Source: Dendrobates tinctorius | Lineage: Eukaryota | DNA length: 64,000 bases | NCBI RefSeq assembly: GCF_039654945.1 | Contig: NW_027361765.1 | Coordinates: forward strand, 17,298,001-17,362,000 | Reading direction: 5' to 3' | Shown: positions 27,801-39,800 of the stretch, one piece after another | How the letters are laid out: each line of letters begins with the position of its first letter | Position numbering within the stretch: position 1 is the stretch's first letter | Notes under the pieces: model-generated | Database searches by the model: none | Told to the model about the DNA's origin: nothing | Seen by the model: the letters and a program-made list of their open reading frames with translations, nothing else | Made by a program: the position numbers and the translations under genes

Positions 27801-30800
27801 CCAGTATTTGTGGTGCTATTGGTTTCAGTGGAGTTTGATGGAGAGTTATCATCTATATAGTCAATGGGACACGCACTCACACTCTCATACGGCATTCCAG
27901 AGGATTGGCGTGATCCAGGAGAAGTCTTTGAACCGAGAGTGGGAGGTACGGATTAGTGCAGACATTAGTCGAAAGTCGCTTGCAGAACGTTATGAATGGG
28001 TAGGCCAATAATCAGAAATGCTAGAGGAGATGTAGGGAGGTGACGCACTGAGGAGAGCTTTGTGGGTGAGAACAAGCTGTGTAAATGGGATCCTGTGGGC
28101 AGCCAGTGCAATGACTGGCACAGAGCAGACGCATCTGAGTACCGACTAGCCAGGTAGACGACCCTGGCTGCTGCATTAAGGATGACCTGGCGAGGGGAAA
28201 GTCGAGTGAGGGGGAGGCCAATAAACGGAGAATTACAGTAGTCCAGGCGGGAGTGGATCAGGGTGACTGTGAGGGTTTTTATTTCCATGATAAGAAAAGG
28301 GCAGATTCTAGAGATGTTCTTTAGGTGTAAGCGGAAAGAGACGGCAAGAGATTGTATATGGGAAGTGAAGGAAAGATTGGTGTCAAACATGACACCCAGA
28401 CAGGGCGCCTGCTGCCGGGGTTTTGTTATGGTGCCACCCACGGAGAGGGAAATGTCAGCTTTAGGGAGGTTAGTAGGGTTGTGGAGTCGGAGTCATGGAG
28501 TCGGAGCTCATTTTGGTGGAGTCTGTATAAAATGGTCCGACTCCTAAAATATATAATAAATTGGGTATAGTAGTTCAATGCAGAATGTGCTGAATATTTT
28601 TTCATAGGAATTTGGGAAAGTTATGAAATGTCCTATAAATGGCTGTTCTATTCCTGATCTAAGGCTACATTCACACACAGCGTTTTTGCTGCGTTTTTTG
28701 AGGATACGTTTTTCAGCTGCAAAAGCAGATCAGCTTTTTAAAAAACCGCATCACCTGAAAGGTTTTTGAGCTCATAGATAATGTTTTCAATAGCAAAAGC
28801 AGATTAGAAATCTGCTCTATCTATGCATTTATCCATATCTGTCTATCCATATCTTATCTGTACCAAAAAGAATGAAAGCTGGGTAGCACACAGACTAACA
28901 CTTTTTTTTTTAGCACCAGTCATGTATACCTCATAGCTGCCCAAAAGGACGCCCAGGACAGGCATTGCTCATCTTCAGTAACACATCAACATCAATTGAT
29001 AGTTGGAATAAATAGACTGCATTCACCACATCTCAAGTGTAGGGGTGTGCAGTATAAGGTTCTGCAGCAGCTGAAGTATGCAGTATGAGATTCTGCGGAA
29101 CAGTATGAGGTTCTCTGCCCCCCCCCCCTAGTTTTGATCCTGGCTAAAACCGTTTGTTATAGATATGGCGAACCCTCAGGTAACCCTAAATGAAGGTCAA
29201 TGGACACAGGTGGCTGAATTGAAGGAATTGCTTAATCACCTATTTACCGCGACTAAAAAATTACAAGCTGAGGATTTAACTCCTGGCATTTTCATAAGGG
29301 AGTGGAAGAACTTGCTATTTTGACTGTCCCAAAGAGGAGATTTAATCACAGATGGCATTTCTGCTTCAATGAAACGGAGAGAGACACAGCTGTTGGAAAA
29401 TAAAATTTTTCTGGCAGCTGTTTATGTGGACCCAAGTCATCGTATATTGCTTGATGAGCAACAGCTTACTAAAGGAAAAGAAGCTCTGACTGAGGTAGCA
29501 GTTAAGATGAGTGGCCTACAGGAGGACTGCCAGGCACAAGAGGACTTGGGTCCTGACAGTGCTACTTCTGCCATATCTTCATCCTCATCAGATGAGGAGT
29601 TTGACTTTGACAAGTATTTGGATGATATGGAGCAGGCAAAGCGTTGCTGCAAGGAAAAAGATTTCACTCCGTCTCCTATAGCAAGCAGATTGACCATATT
29701 TCAGCAAAATGTTCACTTGTTCTCAAAGAAAAAGAAAACTTCAACCGTTCATCAAAACTGACTGTGCATGAGGCAATTCCGTTATACTTGGAAATTGTTA
29801 GAGATGTTGCCCATGTGGTTACGGCTTTGCCTCCAACCCAAGTTAGTGTAGAGAGGTTGTTTTCTGGCCTTAAAATTATAAGGTCAGATTTTAGGTCATC
29901 TATGAAGGAGGATCTGATGGAGGCAATTCTATTTCTTAGAACAAATTCATAGACTGCACAAATGTTATTTAGTATGTTTTTGTTGAAAACTCTTTTTTGC
30001 CACTTACATAGTTTNNNNNNNNNNNNNNNNNNNNNNNNNNNNNNNNNNNNNNNNNNNNNNNNNNNNNNNNNNNNNNNNNNNNNNNNNNNNNNNNNNNNNN
30101 NNNNNNNNNNNNNNNNNNNNNNNNNNNNNNNNNNNNNNNNNNNNNNNNNNNNNNNNNNNNNNNNNNNNNNNNNNNNNNNNNNNNNNNNNNNNNNNNNNNN
30201 NNNNNNNNNNNNNNNNNNNNNGTGTATTACATATTTACAATTTATTACAGTTTTTTGTGTTCTAAAGTTGTATTCCAATAAATATATATTGTGTTCTATC
30301 TAAATGTCTTGATTATTGTATCATAAAAATGATTAAATGTCTGATGTTCACATTGTACTACAATACATTTTTCACTTAAATATAAGCAATATATGTCGGA
30401 GTCGGTGGAAGGGAAATTGAGGAGTCGGAGTCGCAGGTTTGGCTTACCGACTCCACAGCCCTGGTTAGTAGACGACGGGAGCAGAAGAAGTTCAGATTTG
30501 GAAAGGTTGACTTTCAGAATGTAGAGCGGACATGATGTTGGAGGCTGCAGACTGACAGTCACTGATGTTCTGTAGTACAGCAGGGGTAAGGTCTGGGGAT
30601 GCTGTGTATAGTTTTGTCATCAGCATAAAGCTGGTACTGAAAGCCAAATCTGCTGATAGTGTGTCCATTTAGGGCTGTATAGAGAGAGAAGAGAAGGGGG
30701 CCAAGGACTGAGCCCTGAGGGACCCCAAAAATGAGAGGAAGAGGAGACGAAGTGGAACCAGCGAACAAAACACTGAAGGAGTGGTCAGAAAGATAGGAAG

Positions 30801-33800
30801 AGAACCAGGAGAGAGCAGTGTCCTTTGTGCCTATTGACTGGAGCATAGAGAGTAGGAGGTGGTGGTCAACAGTGTCGAAAGCTGCAGAGAGGTCAAGAAG
30901 AATGAGCAGAGAGTGGTCACCGTTGCATTTGCTGTTGGAAGGTTGTTGGTTACTTTGAGTGCAGTTTCTGTCGAATGTATGGGGTAAGCCGGACTTTGAT
31001 GGATCTAGGAGAGAGAGAGTGGAGAGGTAACGGGTAAGACTGGAGTGGACCGGGCGCTCCAAGAGTTGAGATGAAGGGGAGATTGGAGTTATTTGTGCAG
31101 GATGGATCGAGAGAGGGTTTTTTTAAAATAATGGAATGAGGAGGGGAAAATGCCAAAGGAGAGTGAGAGATTGCAGATTGTATTTAGGTGGGTAGTGACG
31201 ACAGGAGAGAGAGAGACTGGAGGAGATGTGACGGAATGGGGTCAGTAGTGCATGTAGTGGGATGACAAGAAGCGAGGAGCCTGGAGACTTCTGTGATGGG
31301 ATCAAATGTAGAGAGTGAGCCAGGGGAGAGATGCAGTGGGGACTGGGAGTCACAGCAATTGGTGGGTGGAAGTGGATTGCCTCACTGGTATTGTCATTTT
31401 TCCCTATAAAGTGGGAGGCCAGGTCATCAGCACATAGGAGACACTTGGGCTGTTGTGTATACATCACAGGTGACGCTGGGGTGCCTGGACATCACTGGGG
31501 AGTGCTGGGGGTGTCACTGTTCTGTTAATCTGTGGGAAGAGGGAGCACCCTGCTCGCTAACTCCGCCCACAGTGTGCATCCTCAAACTGGCACCGGCCAG
31601 TGTAAGGACGTAATCCTTCAATGCATGTGCATGCAGTGAATGTGAGGGTTTAAATGGCTAGTAGCCAGCAAAACATGGCTTCTGGCCCAAGCACTGCAGT
31701 CCCCGGGAACCTGGCTAGACGTTCCAAGAGGTTCCCAACCCTTGCCCGAGACTAACAGGTGGAGGAAGGAAGAATCCTGTCTGTCTAATTGAATGGGAGT
31801 GAGGAAGTCAGCAGGGATCTGTCATTTGGTTCTCATCCCTGGCTGCGTTTTCAGCATTTCAGAGTAAAACATACGTGTTCGTAATGCAGGAGCCGGTCTG
31901 ATTCATTGACGCTGTGGTTCGGGCAGCATGAATCATGTGCCCCTTTAAGGGACCCTGTCACCAGTGTTGTCATATAACCAACTAACACTATGACCTTATT
32001 CAGAACATGTGCTGCATTCTATAAATGCTTATATCATCCCCTAACTCCCCCTGTATATGCTCGCTGTTTGTTATTCTGGCTAGTCCGGTCCGATGGGCGT
32101 GGTTTCCATCCCTCTACCTCGCTGCTTCCCCCCCTTCCTTCTCGGCTGCTGCTCCCTGTCCTCCTTTAATTGACGAGGATGAGGCGGCATAGTGGCTCAG
32201 TGGTTAGCACTGCAGCCTCGCAGCGCTGGGATCCTGGGTTCCAATCCCACCAAGGACAACACCTGCAAGGAGTTTGTATGTTCTCCCCATGTTTGCGTGG
32301 GTTTCCTCCGGGTTCTCTGTTTTCCTGCCACACTCCAAAGACATAATGATAGGGAATTTAGATTGTGAGCCCCATCGGGGACAGTGCCAATAATGAGTGC
32401 AAAGCGCTGTGGAATTAATGGCGCTATATACCGTATATACTCGTGTGTAAGCTGAGTTTTTCAGCCCCCTTTTTTGGCTGAAAAAGACCCCCTCGGCTTA
32501 TACTCGAGTCACGGTCCCTGAAATTGAAAAAAAAAATTACATACTCACCACTCGTCGCTGGGGGTCGGGTGCCAGTGTCCCGAGCAGGCGGGGACACTGG
32601 CGCGCTATGGGGGTCAGTTGCCGGTGCCACCGCTTGCTCAGGCCCCTGGCACTGGGTATATTCACTTGTCCGCATTTCAACGCTGCGTGCCGCTCTGTCT
32701 TCCGGGTCCTCTGGCTGTGACGTTCATGTCAGAGGGTGTGATGACGTGGTTAGTGCATGCCCTCTGCCTGAACAGTCACTGACAGAGGACCCGGAAGATA
32801 GAGCGGCGCGCAGAGATGAAACGCTAACAGGTGAATATAGCCAGTGCTGGGGGGGCCTGAGCAAGCGGCAACACCGGCACCTGACCCCACATAGCGTGCT
32901 GGTGTCCCCGCCTGCTCAGGACACCGGCACCTGGCCCCCAGCGACGAGAGGGGAGTGTCATTTTTTTTTTTTTTTTCTAATCGCAGCAGCATTATTACAT
33001 ATTGTATTATAGAGCAAGTTATGGGACCACATATAACTTTTGTGCAGCATTATATGGGGCTTATTTTTCTATGGAGCATCTTATGAGGCTAACGTTATCC
33101 TTTGTGCAGCGTTATATGGGGCATATTGTATTATGGAGCACGTTATGGGGCCACAATTAACCTTGGTGCAGCATTATATGGGGTATATTGTATTACAGAG
33201 CACGTTATGGGCCACAATTAACCTTTGTGCCGCATTATATGGGGCATATTGTATTATGGAGCACGTTATGGGGCCACAATTAACCTTGGTGCAGCATTAT
33301 ATGGGGCATAATTTTCTGTGGCGCATCTTATGGGGCCAACATTATCCTTTGTGCAGCATTGTATGGGGCATATTTTAATATGGAGCACCTTATGAGGCCA
33401 TCATCAACCTTTATGGAGCATCATATGGGGCATATTTTGTATAGAGCATCTTATGGGGCCCATCATGAACTGTGTGGAGTATTATATAGGGATTCTGATT
33501 CAATATGGATATTCAAAAACATTTATCCTACTGATGTCTCTATTCATTTTACTTTTATTGGTATCTATTTTTATTTTTGAAATTTACCATTAGCTGCTGC
33601 ATTTCCCACCCTCGGCTTACACTTGAGTCAATAAGTTTTCCCATTTTTTTGTGGCAAAATTATGGGCCTCAGCTTATACTCGGGTCGGCTTACACTCGAG
33701 TATATACGCTAAATGAGTAAAATAAAATGACGCCTCGTGGTTTCCACATTGCAGGGAGAAATTTTGCACCCGCAGCAGGGCACTGCAAAGTGCACAACAT

Positions 33801-36800
33801 TTATGGAGTGCAGCACAGGTGTTGAATAAGGTCACAGTTTTAGTTGTTGGATGACAAAACTGGTGACCTGTTTCCTTTAACCCCTTTCTGACATCAGACG
33901 TACTATCCCGTCCATGGGACCCGGGCCCCTATGCCCATGGACGGGATAGTACGTCTAGCGCCATCAGCGGCCGGGTGTCAGCTGATTATCACAGCTGACA
34001 CCTGGCACAATGTGTCAGGGGCGGTCACGGACCGCCCCCGACACGTTAACCCCTTGCACACCACGATCAAACACGATCGCGGTGTACCGGGGGTTAAAGG
34101 GAAGCATATGCAAGGAGGGGGCTTCGTCCGTGCTTCCCTGAGCCCCCCACAGCAGCGCAATGTGCAGCGCTGCTGCGGGATTCTCCATCCCTGCAGGACC
34201 CCGAATCCAAGATGACAACGGGGACCTTCGGGGGCCTACAGGGAGCTGGTTTCTTCAGTGCCTGCAAAGCGCAGGCACGAGGAAGCCTTGTGCAGTGCCT
34301 GTGACAGGTCGCTGATCTGTCACAGTGATATGTGATGTGACAGATCAGCGATCTGTCAAAGGACAGTGTTGTCCCACCTGGGACAATGTAATAAGGTTAA
34401 AAAAAAAAAAAAAATATTCCCTAATAAATTCATTTTTTGGAAATAAAAAAACCAAAACAATAAAAGTACACATATTTGGTATTGCCGCGTCCGTAACAAC
34501 CCGCCCTATAAAACTGTCCCATTAGTTAACCCCTTTACCGAACCCCTTTAAAAAATAAAAATAAAAAACGACTATGCCTGATGAAGAGACCTGAGTAGTC
34601 TCGAAAGCTTGCAATGTGTTACCATCTTTTCAGTTAGCCATTAAAAGGTATCAACCACTGAGGACTCTCAATTCTGAATATTTTTCTATCTACTGGCTAA
34701 CACGGTACAAAGATATACATCTTTCCTGAAGCAAAAAATTATTTATTATCATACCGCCGAACAAAAAGTGCAATAACGCGCGATCAAAAAGACGCATATA
34801 AATAAACATCGTACCGCTGAAAACATCACCTTGTCCCGCAAAAAAACGAGCCGCCACATAGCATCATCAGCGAAAAAGCAAAAAAAAGTTATAGCTCGTA
34901 GAATAAAGCGATGCAAAAATAATTATTTTTTATCTAAAATTGTTTTCATTGCATAAAAGCGACAAAACATAAAAAAACAACATAAATGAGGTATCGCTGT
35001 AACCGTACTGACCCGAGGAATATAATTGCTTTATCAATTTTACCGCAGGCGTAACTGTGTAAACACACCCCTCAAAAGAAATTCATGAAATGCTGGTTTT
35101 TGTTCATTCTGCGTCCCAAAAATCGGAATAAAAAGCGATCAAAAAATGTCACGTGCCCGAAAATGGTACCAATAAAAACGTCAACTCGTCCCGCAAAAAA
35201 TAAGGCCTCACATGACTCGGTGGGTCAAAATATTGAAAAATTATAGCTCTCAATATGTGGTGATGCAAAAACTATTTTTACAATAAAAAGCGTCTTTTAG
35301 CGTGTGACAGCTGCCAAATATAAAAACCCGCTATAAATAGTAAATCAAACCCCCCTGTTATCACCTCCTTAGTTAGGGAAAAATAATAAAATTAAAAAAT
35401 GTATTTATTTCCATTTTCCCATTAGGGCTAGGGTTAGGGCTGAGATTAGGGTTAGGGGTGTGTTGGGGTTAGGGTTGGAGTTATAATTGGGGGGTTTCCA
35501 CTGTTTAGGCACATCAGGTGCTCTCCAAATGCAACATGGCGTCTGATCTCCATTCCAGCCAATTCTGCGTTGAAAAAGTCAAATGGTGTTCCTTCCCTTC
35601 CAAGCTCTGCCATGTGCCCAAACAGTGTTTTACCCCCACATATAGGGTATCCGCCTACTCAGGACAAATTGCAAAACAACTTTTGGTGTCCAATTTCTTC
35701 TGTTACCCTTAGGAAAATGAAAAATTGGGGGCAAAAATATCATTTTTGTGGAAAAAAATGTTTTTTTTATTTTCAAGCCTGGGCGTTATAAACTTCTGTG
35801 AAGCACTTGGGGGTTCAAAGTGCTCACCACACATCTAGATAAGTTCCGTGGGGGGTCTAGTTTCCAAAATGGTGTCATTTGTGGGGGGTTTCCACTGTTT
35901 AGGTACATCAGGGGTTTTCCAATCGCGACATGGTGTCCGATCTCAATTCCAGCCAAAAAAGTCAAATGGCACTGCTTCCCTTCTGAGCTCTGCCTTGCGC
36001 CCAAATAGTCGTTTATACCCACATATGGGGTATCGGCGTACTCGGGACAAATTGCACAATAACTTTTAGGGTCCTGTTACCCTTGGGAAAATAAAAATTG
36101 GGGTGAAAAAAACTTTTTTTGGAAAAAATATGATTTTTTTAATTGTACCGCTGTACGTTATAAACTTCTGTTAAGCCCTTGTGGGTTCAAAGTTCTAGTT
36201 TCCAAAATGGGGTCACTTGTGGGGAGTTTCCACTGTTTAGGTAAATCAGGGGCTCTCCAAACGTGACATGGCGTCCGATCTGAATTCCAGCCAATTTTGC
36301 ATTGAAAAAGTCAAATGGCGCTCCTTCCCTTCTGAGCTCTACCATGCACTGAAACAGTGGTTCCCCCCCACATATCAGGTATCAGCGTACTCAGGACAAA
36401 TTGCACAATAACTTTTGCAGTCCAATTTCTCCTGTTACCCTTGGTAAAATAAAAAAAATTGAACCTGAAATATTTTTTTGTGAAAAATGTTCATTTTTTT
36501 TTTTTTTTAAATATTCAAAAAATTCCTGTGACGCACCTGAAGGGTTAATACAATTCTTGAATGTGGTTTTGAGCACCTTAAGGGGTGCAGTTTTTAAAAT
36601 GGTGTCACTTTTGGGTACTTTTGGGTATTTTCTGTTATATAGACCCCTCAAAGTGGCTTCAAATGTGTTGTGGTCCGGAAAAATAAAATGGTGTTGCAAA
36701 AATGAGAAATCGCTGGTCAACTTTTAACCCTTAACTTCCTAACAAAAAAAAATTTTGGTTCAAAAATTGTGCTGATGTAAAGTAAACATGTGGGAAATGT

Positions 36801-39800
36801 TACTTATTAAGTTTTTTGTGTGCCGTATCTCTGTGATTTAAGGGCATAAAAATTCAAAGTTGGAAAATTGCGAAATTTTCAAAATTTTCACCAAATTTCT
36901 GTTTTTTTTCACAAATAAACGCAAGTTATTTGAATGAAATTTTACCACTAATATGAAGTACAATATGTCACGAGAAAGAAATGTCAGAATCACTGGGATC
37001 CATGGAAACGTTTCAGAGTTATTACCTCATAAAGGGACAGTGGTCAGAATTGTAAAAATTGGCCAGGGAGTTAACGTGCAAACCACCCTTGGTAGTGAAG
37101 GGGTTAAAGGGTGTGTGCACACGCTGCGGGTTGTCCTGCGGATTATCTGCAGTTTTTCTGCGGTTTAGCCTGCGGTTTTCCCCTGCGGTTTGACACCTGT
37201 CATGGAGCAGGTGCTAAACCGCTGCGGAATCCGCACAAAGAATTGACATGCTGTGGTTTTGAAACCGCAGCAAATCCGCGCGGAAAAATCCACATCGTTT
37301 GAACTGCTGTTTTCATTTTCCATTGATTTTAATGGTACTGTACACCGCAGCAGAAACTGATACGCAGGACCAAAACCGCTGTGGATCCGCAGCAGAATCC
37401 GCAGCGTGTGCACACACCCAAGTAGTCCTAACAGCCGTTTATCTTGAAATAAATAAAAATGGTTAACTATGTGCTCTTTTCATAACATTTTTAATAGTTT
37501 GCATTAGTAGTAAAAATATTCCGCTAAATGGTGTAAAACGTAAATTTAGTGCAGGTATTTATTGCAGGAAAATGTTGAAAATTTTGGGCACAAATGCAAT
37601 AATATAAAGCTTCTAATGCCAGGGCTGTGGAGTCGGTATAAATTACTGTGATTCCTAAAATATATAATATATTGGGTATAGCAGTATAATGCAGGATGTG
37701 CTGTAAAAGTTTTCATAAGAATTTGTGAAAGTTCTGAAATCTACAAATGGCTGCTCTATTCTATTCCTGACCTAAGATTATGTTCAGACGTTGCGTTTTG
37801 CGGCACTTTTTTAATGCACATTTTAATTCACACACTTTTTTTTTTTTTTAGCTAACTAATTTGGAAAACTGGTTTCTTTTTTAAAACTGCCACATGTCCC
37901 TTCTTTCAGCATTTTTTCAGTGTTTTTATCCATAGAAAGCAATGAGTAAGTGCAAAAATGCTGCAAAACCCGATGCCTGCATTTTTTGCTGTGTTTTTGC
38001 ACTTACTCGTTGCTTTCTATGAGTGAAAATGCTGCAAAAATCTTAAGGAAGTTGCATCATCATTTTTTGGAGGGCACTAAACTTTATCAGGATGCGCAAG
38101 AGACGAAAAAAAAAAAAGAAGCAGTAAATACACAGGAAAAATCGCAGCAAAACGTACTTTTTGTAATCAGCTTTTTTTTTTACTGCCAAGAGAGCAGGTT
38201 TTGTCTGCAGAAAAAAACTACAGCAGAAACGCAACATAGCCGAAGGATCTTGGCGTTTAGTGGAGATGAATAGTAACATAGTTAGTAAGGCCGAAAAAAG
38301 ACATTAGTCCATCCAGTTCACCCTATAAAATTCTGTCAGAATAAATCCCCAGATCTACGTCCTTCTAAAGAACCTAACAATAACTGTAAGATACAATATT
38401 GTTACGCTCCAGGAAGACACCCAGGCCTCTCTTGAACCCTTCGACTGAGTTCGCCATCACCAGCTCCTCAGGCAGGGAATTCCAGATTCTCACTGCCCTA
38501 ACTGTAAAGAATCCTCTTCTATGTTGGTGGAAAAACCTTTTGTCCTCCAGACGCAGAGAATGCCCCCTTGTGACGTCACCTTCCTTGGTATAAACAGATC
38601 CTCGGAGAGATATTTGTATTGTCCCTTTATATATTTATACATGGTTATTAGATCGCCCCTCAGTCCTCTTTTTTTCTAGACTAAGTAATCCTAATTTTGC
38701 TAATCTCTCTGGGTATTGTAGTTCCCTCATCCCCTTTATTAATTTTGTTGCCCTCCTTTGTACCCGCTCTAGTTCCATTATATCCTTCCTGAGCATCAGT
38801 GCCCAAAACTGTACACAGTACTCCATGTGCGGTCTAACCAGAGATTTTGTACAGAGGCAGTATAATGCTCTCATCATGTGTATCCAGACCTCTTTTAATG
38901 CACCCTATGATCCTATTTGCCTTGGCAGCCGCTGCCTGGCACTGGCTGCTCCAGGTAAGTTTATCATTAACTAGGATCCTCAAGTCCTTCTCCATGTCAG
39001 ATTTACCCAGTGGTTTCCCCTTCAGTGTGTAATGGTGATATTGATTCCTTCTTCCCATGTGTATAACCTTACATTTATCATTGTTAAACTGCATCTGCCA
39101 CCTTTCGGCCCAAGTTCCCAACTTATCCAGATCCATCTGTAGCAGAATACTATCTTCTTTTGTATTGACTGCTTTACATAGTTTTGTATCATCTGCAAAT
39201 ATCGATATTTTACTGTGCAAACCTTCTACCAGATCGTTAATAAATATGTTGAAGAGAATAGGTCCCAACACCGACCCCTGCGGTCCCCACTGGTCACAGC
39301 GACCCAGTTAGAGAATATACCATTTATAACCACCCTCTGCTTTCTATCACTAAGCCAGTTACTTACCCATTTACACACATTTTCCCCCAGACCCAGCATT
39401 GTCATTTTGTGTACCAACCTCTTGTGTGGCACTGTATCAAAAATCAAGATATACCACATCCAAAAATGACTCACCTTGGTCCAGTCTATAGCTTACCTCA
39501 TCATAAAAACTCATTAGATTGGTTTGACATGAGCGATTCCTCATAAACCCATGCTTGATATGGCGTTAAACAGTTGTTCTCATTGAGATAATCTAGAATA
39601 ACATCCCTCAGAAACCCTTCAAATATTTTACCAACAATAGAGGTTAAACTTCCTGGCCTAAAATTTCCAGGTTCACTTTTAGAGCCCTTTTTGAATATTG
39701 GTACCACATTTGCTATGCGCCCTTCCTGTGGAACAGACCCCGTCGCTATAGAGTCTCTAAATATAAGAAATAATGGTTTGTCTATTACTTTACTTAGTTC

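Larger units (their letters stand above)
28477..30463 (+). mobile_element. Internally deleted hAT transposon
   Basis: GGTTGTGGAGTCGG (outer bases lost) / CCGACTCCACAGCCCTG; TSD gttagtag; GGAGTC subterminal repeats. Confidence 0.85.
26833..31430 (-). mobile_element. L2-clade LINE, 5'-truncated and degenerate, split by a solo LTR and a hAT
   Basis: [52 protein letters not shown]; L2-type 3' tail near 26840-26880. Confidence 0.9.
26529..31744. mobile_element. hAT non-autonomous element interrupted by L2
   Basis: CAGGGGTGGGGATCC / GGTTCCCAACCCTTG; TSD ccctagac/cccgagac. Confidence 0.72.
26366..31944. mobile_element. Kolobok/T2-type MITE hosting a nested hAT/L2/LTR stack
   Basis: TTAA|AGGGAG..TTCATGCTGCCCGAAC and GTTCGGGCAGCATGAA..CCCT|TTAA. 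Confidence 0.72.
31948..33876. mobile_element. Kolobok/T2-type MITE containing a SINE
   Basis: AGGGACCCTGTCACCAG / CTGGTGACCTGTTTCCT|TTAA; the inverted similarity extends inward (tgaccttattc / gaataaggtca). Confidence 0.72.
33881..37103. mobile_element. Second TTAA-flanked piggyBac-like non-autonomous element
   Basis: TTAA|CCCCTT...AAGGGG|TTAA; shares the TTAGGG patch (35422-35478), the tandem-repeat region and the right end with the 4459 element. Confidence 0.85.

Noticed and set aside
30015-30221. Hidden feature in the N runs (also 47202-47330)
   Set aside because: No sequence available; both flanks are transposon sequence, so nothing can be claimed.
32183-32260. tRNA gene
   Set aside because: The A and B boxes continue into a SINE body and L2-like tail; no complete cloverleaf evident.
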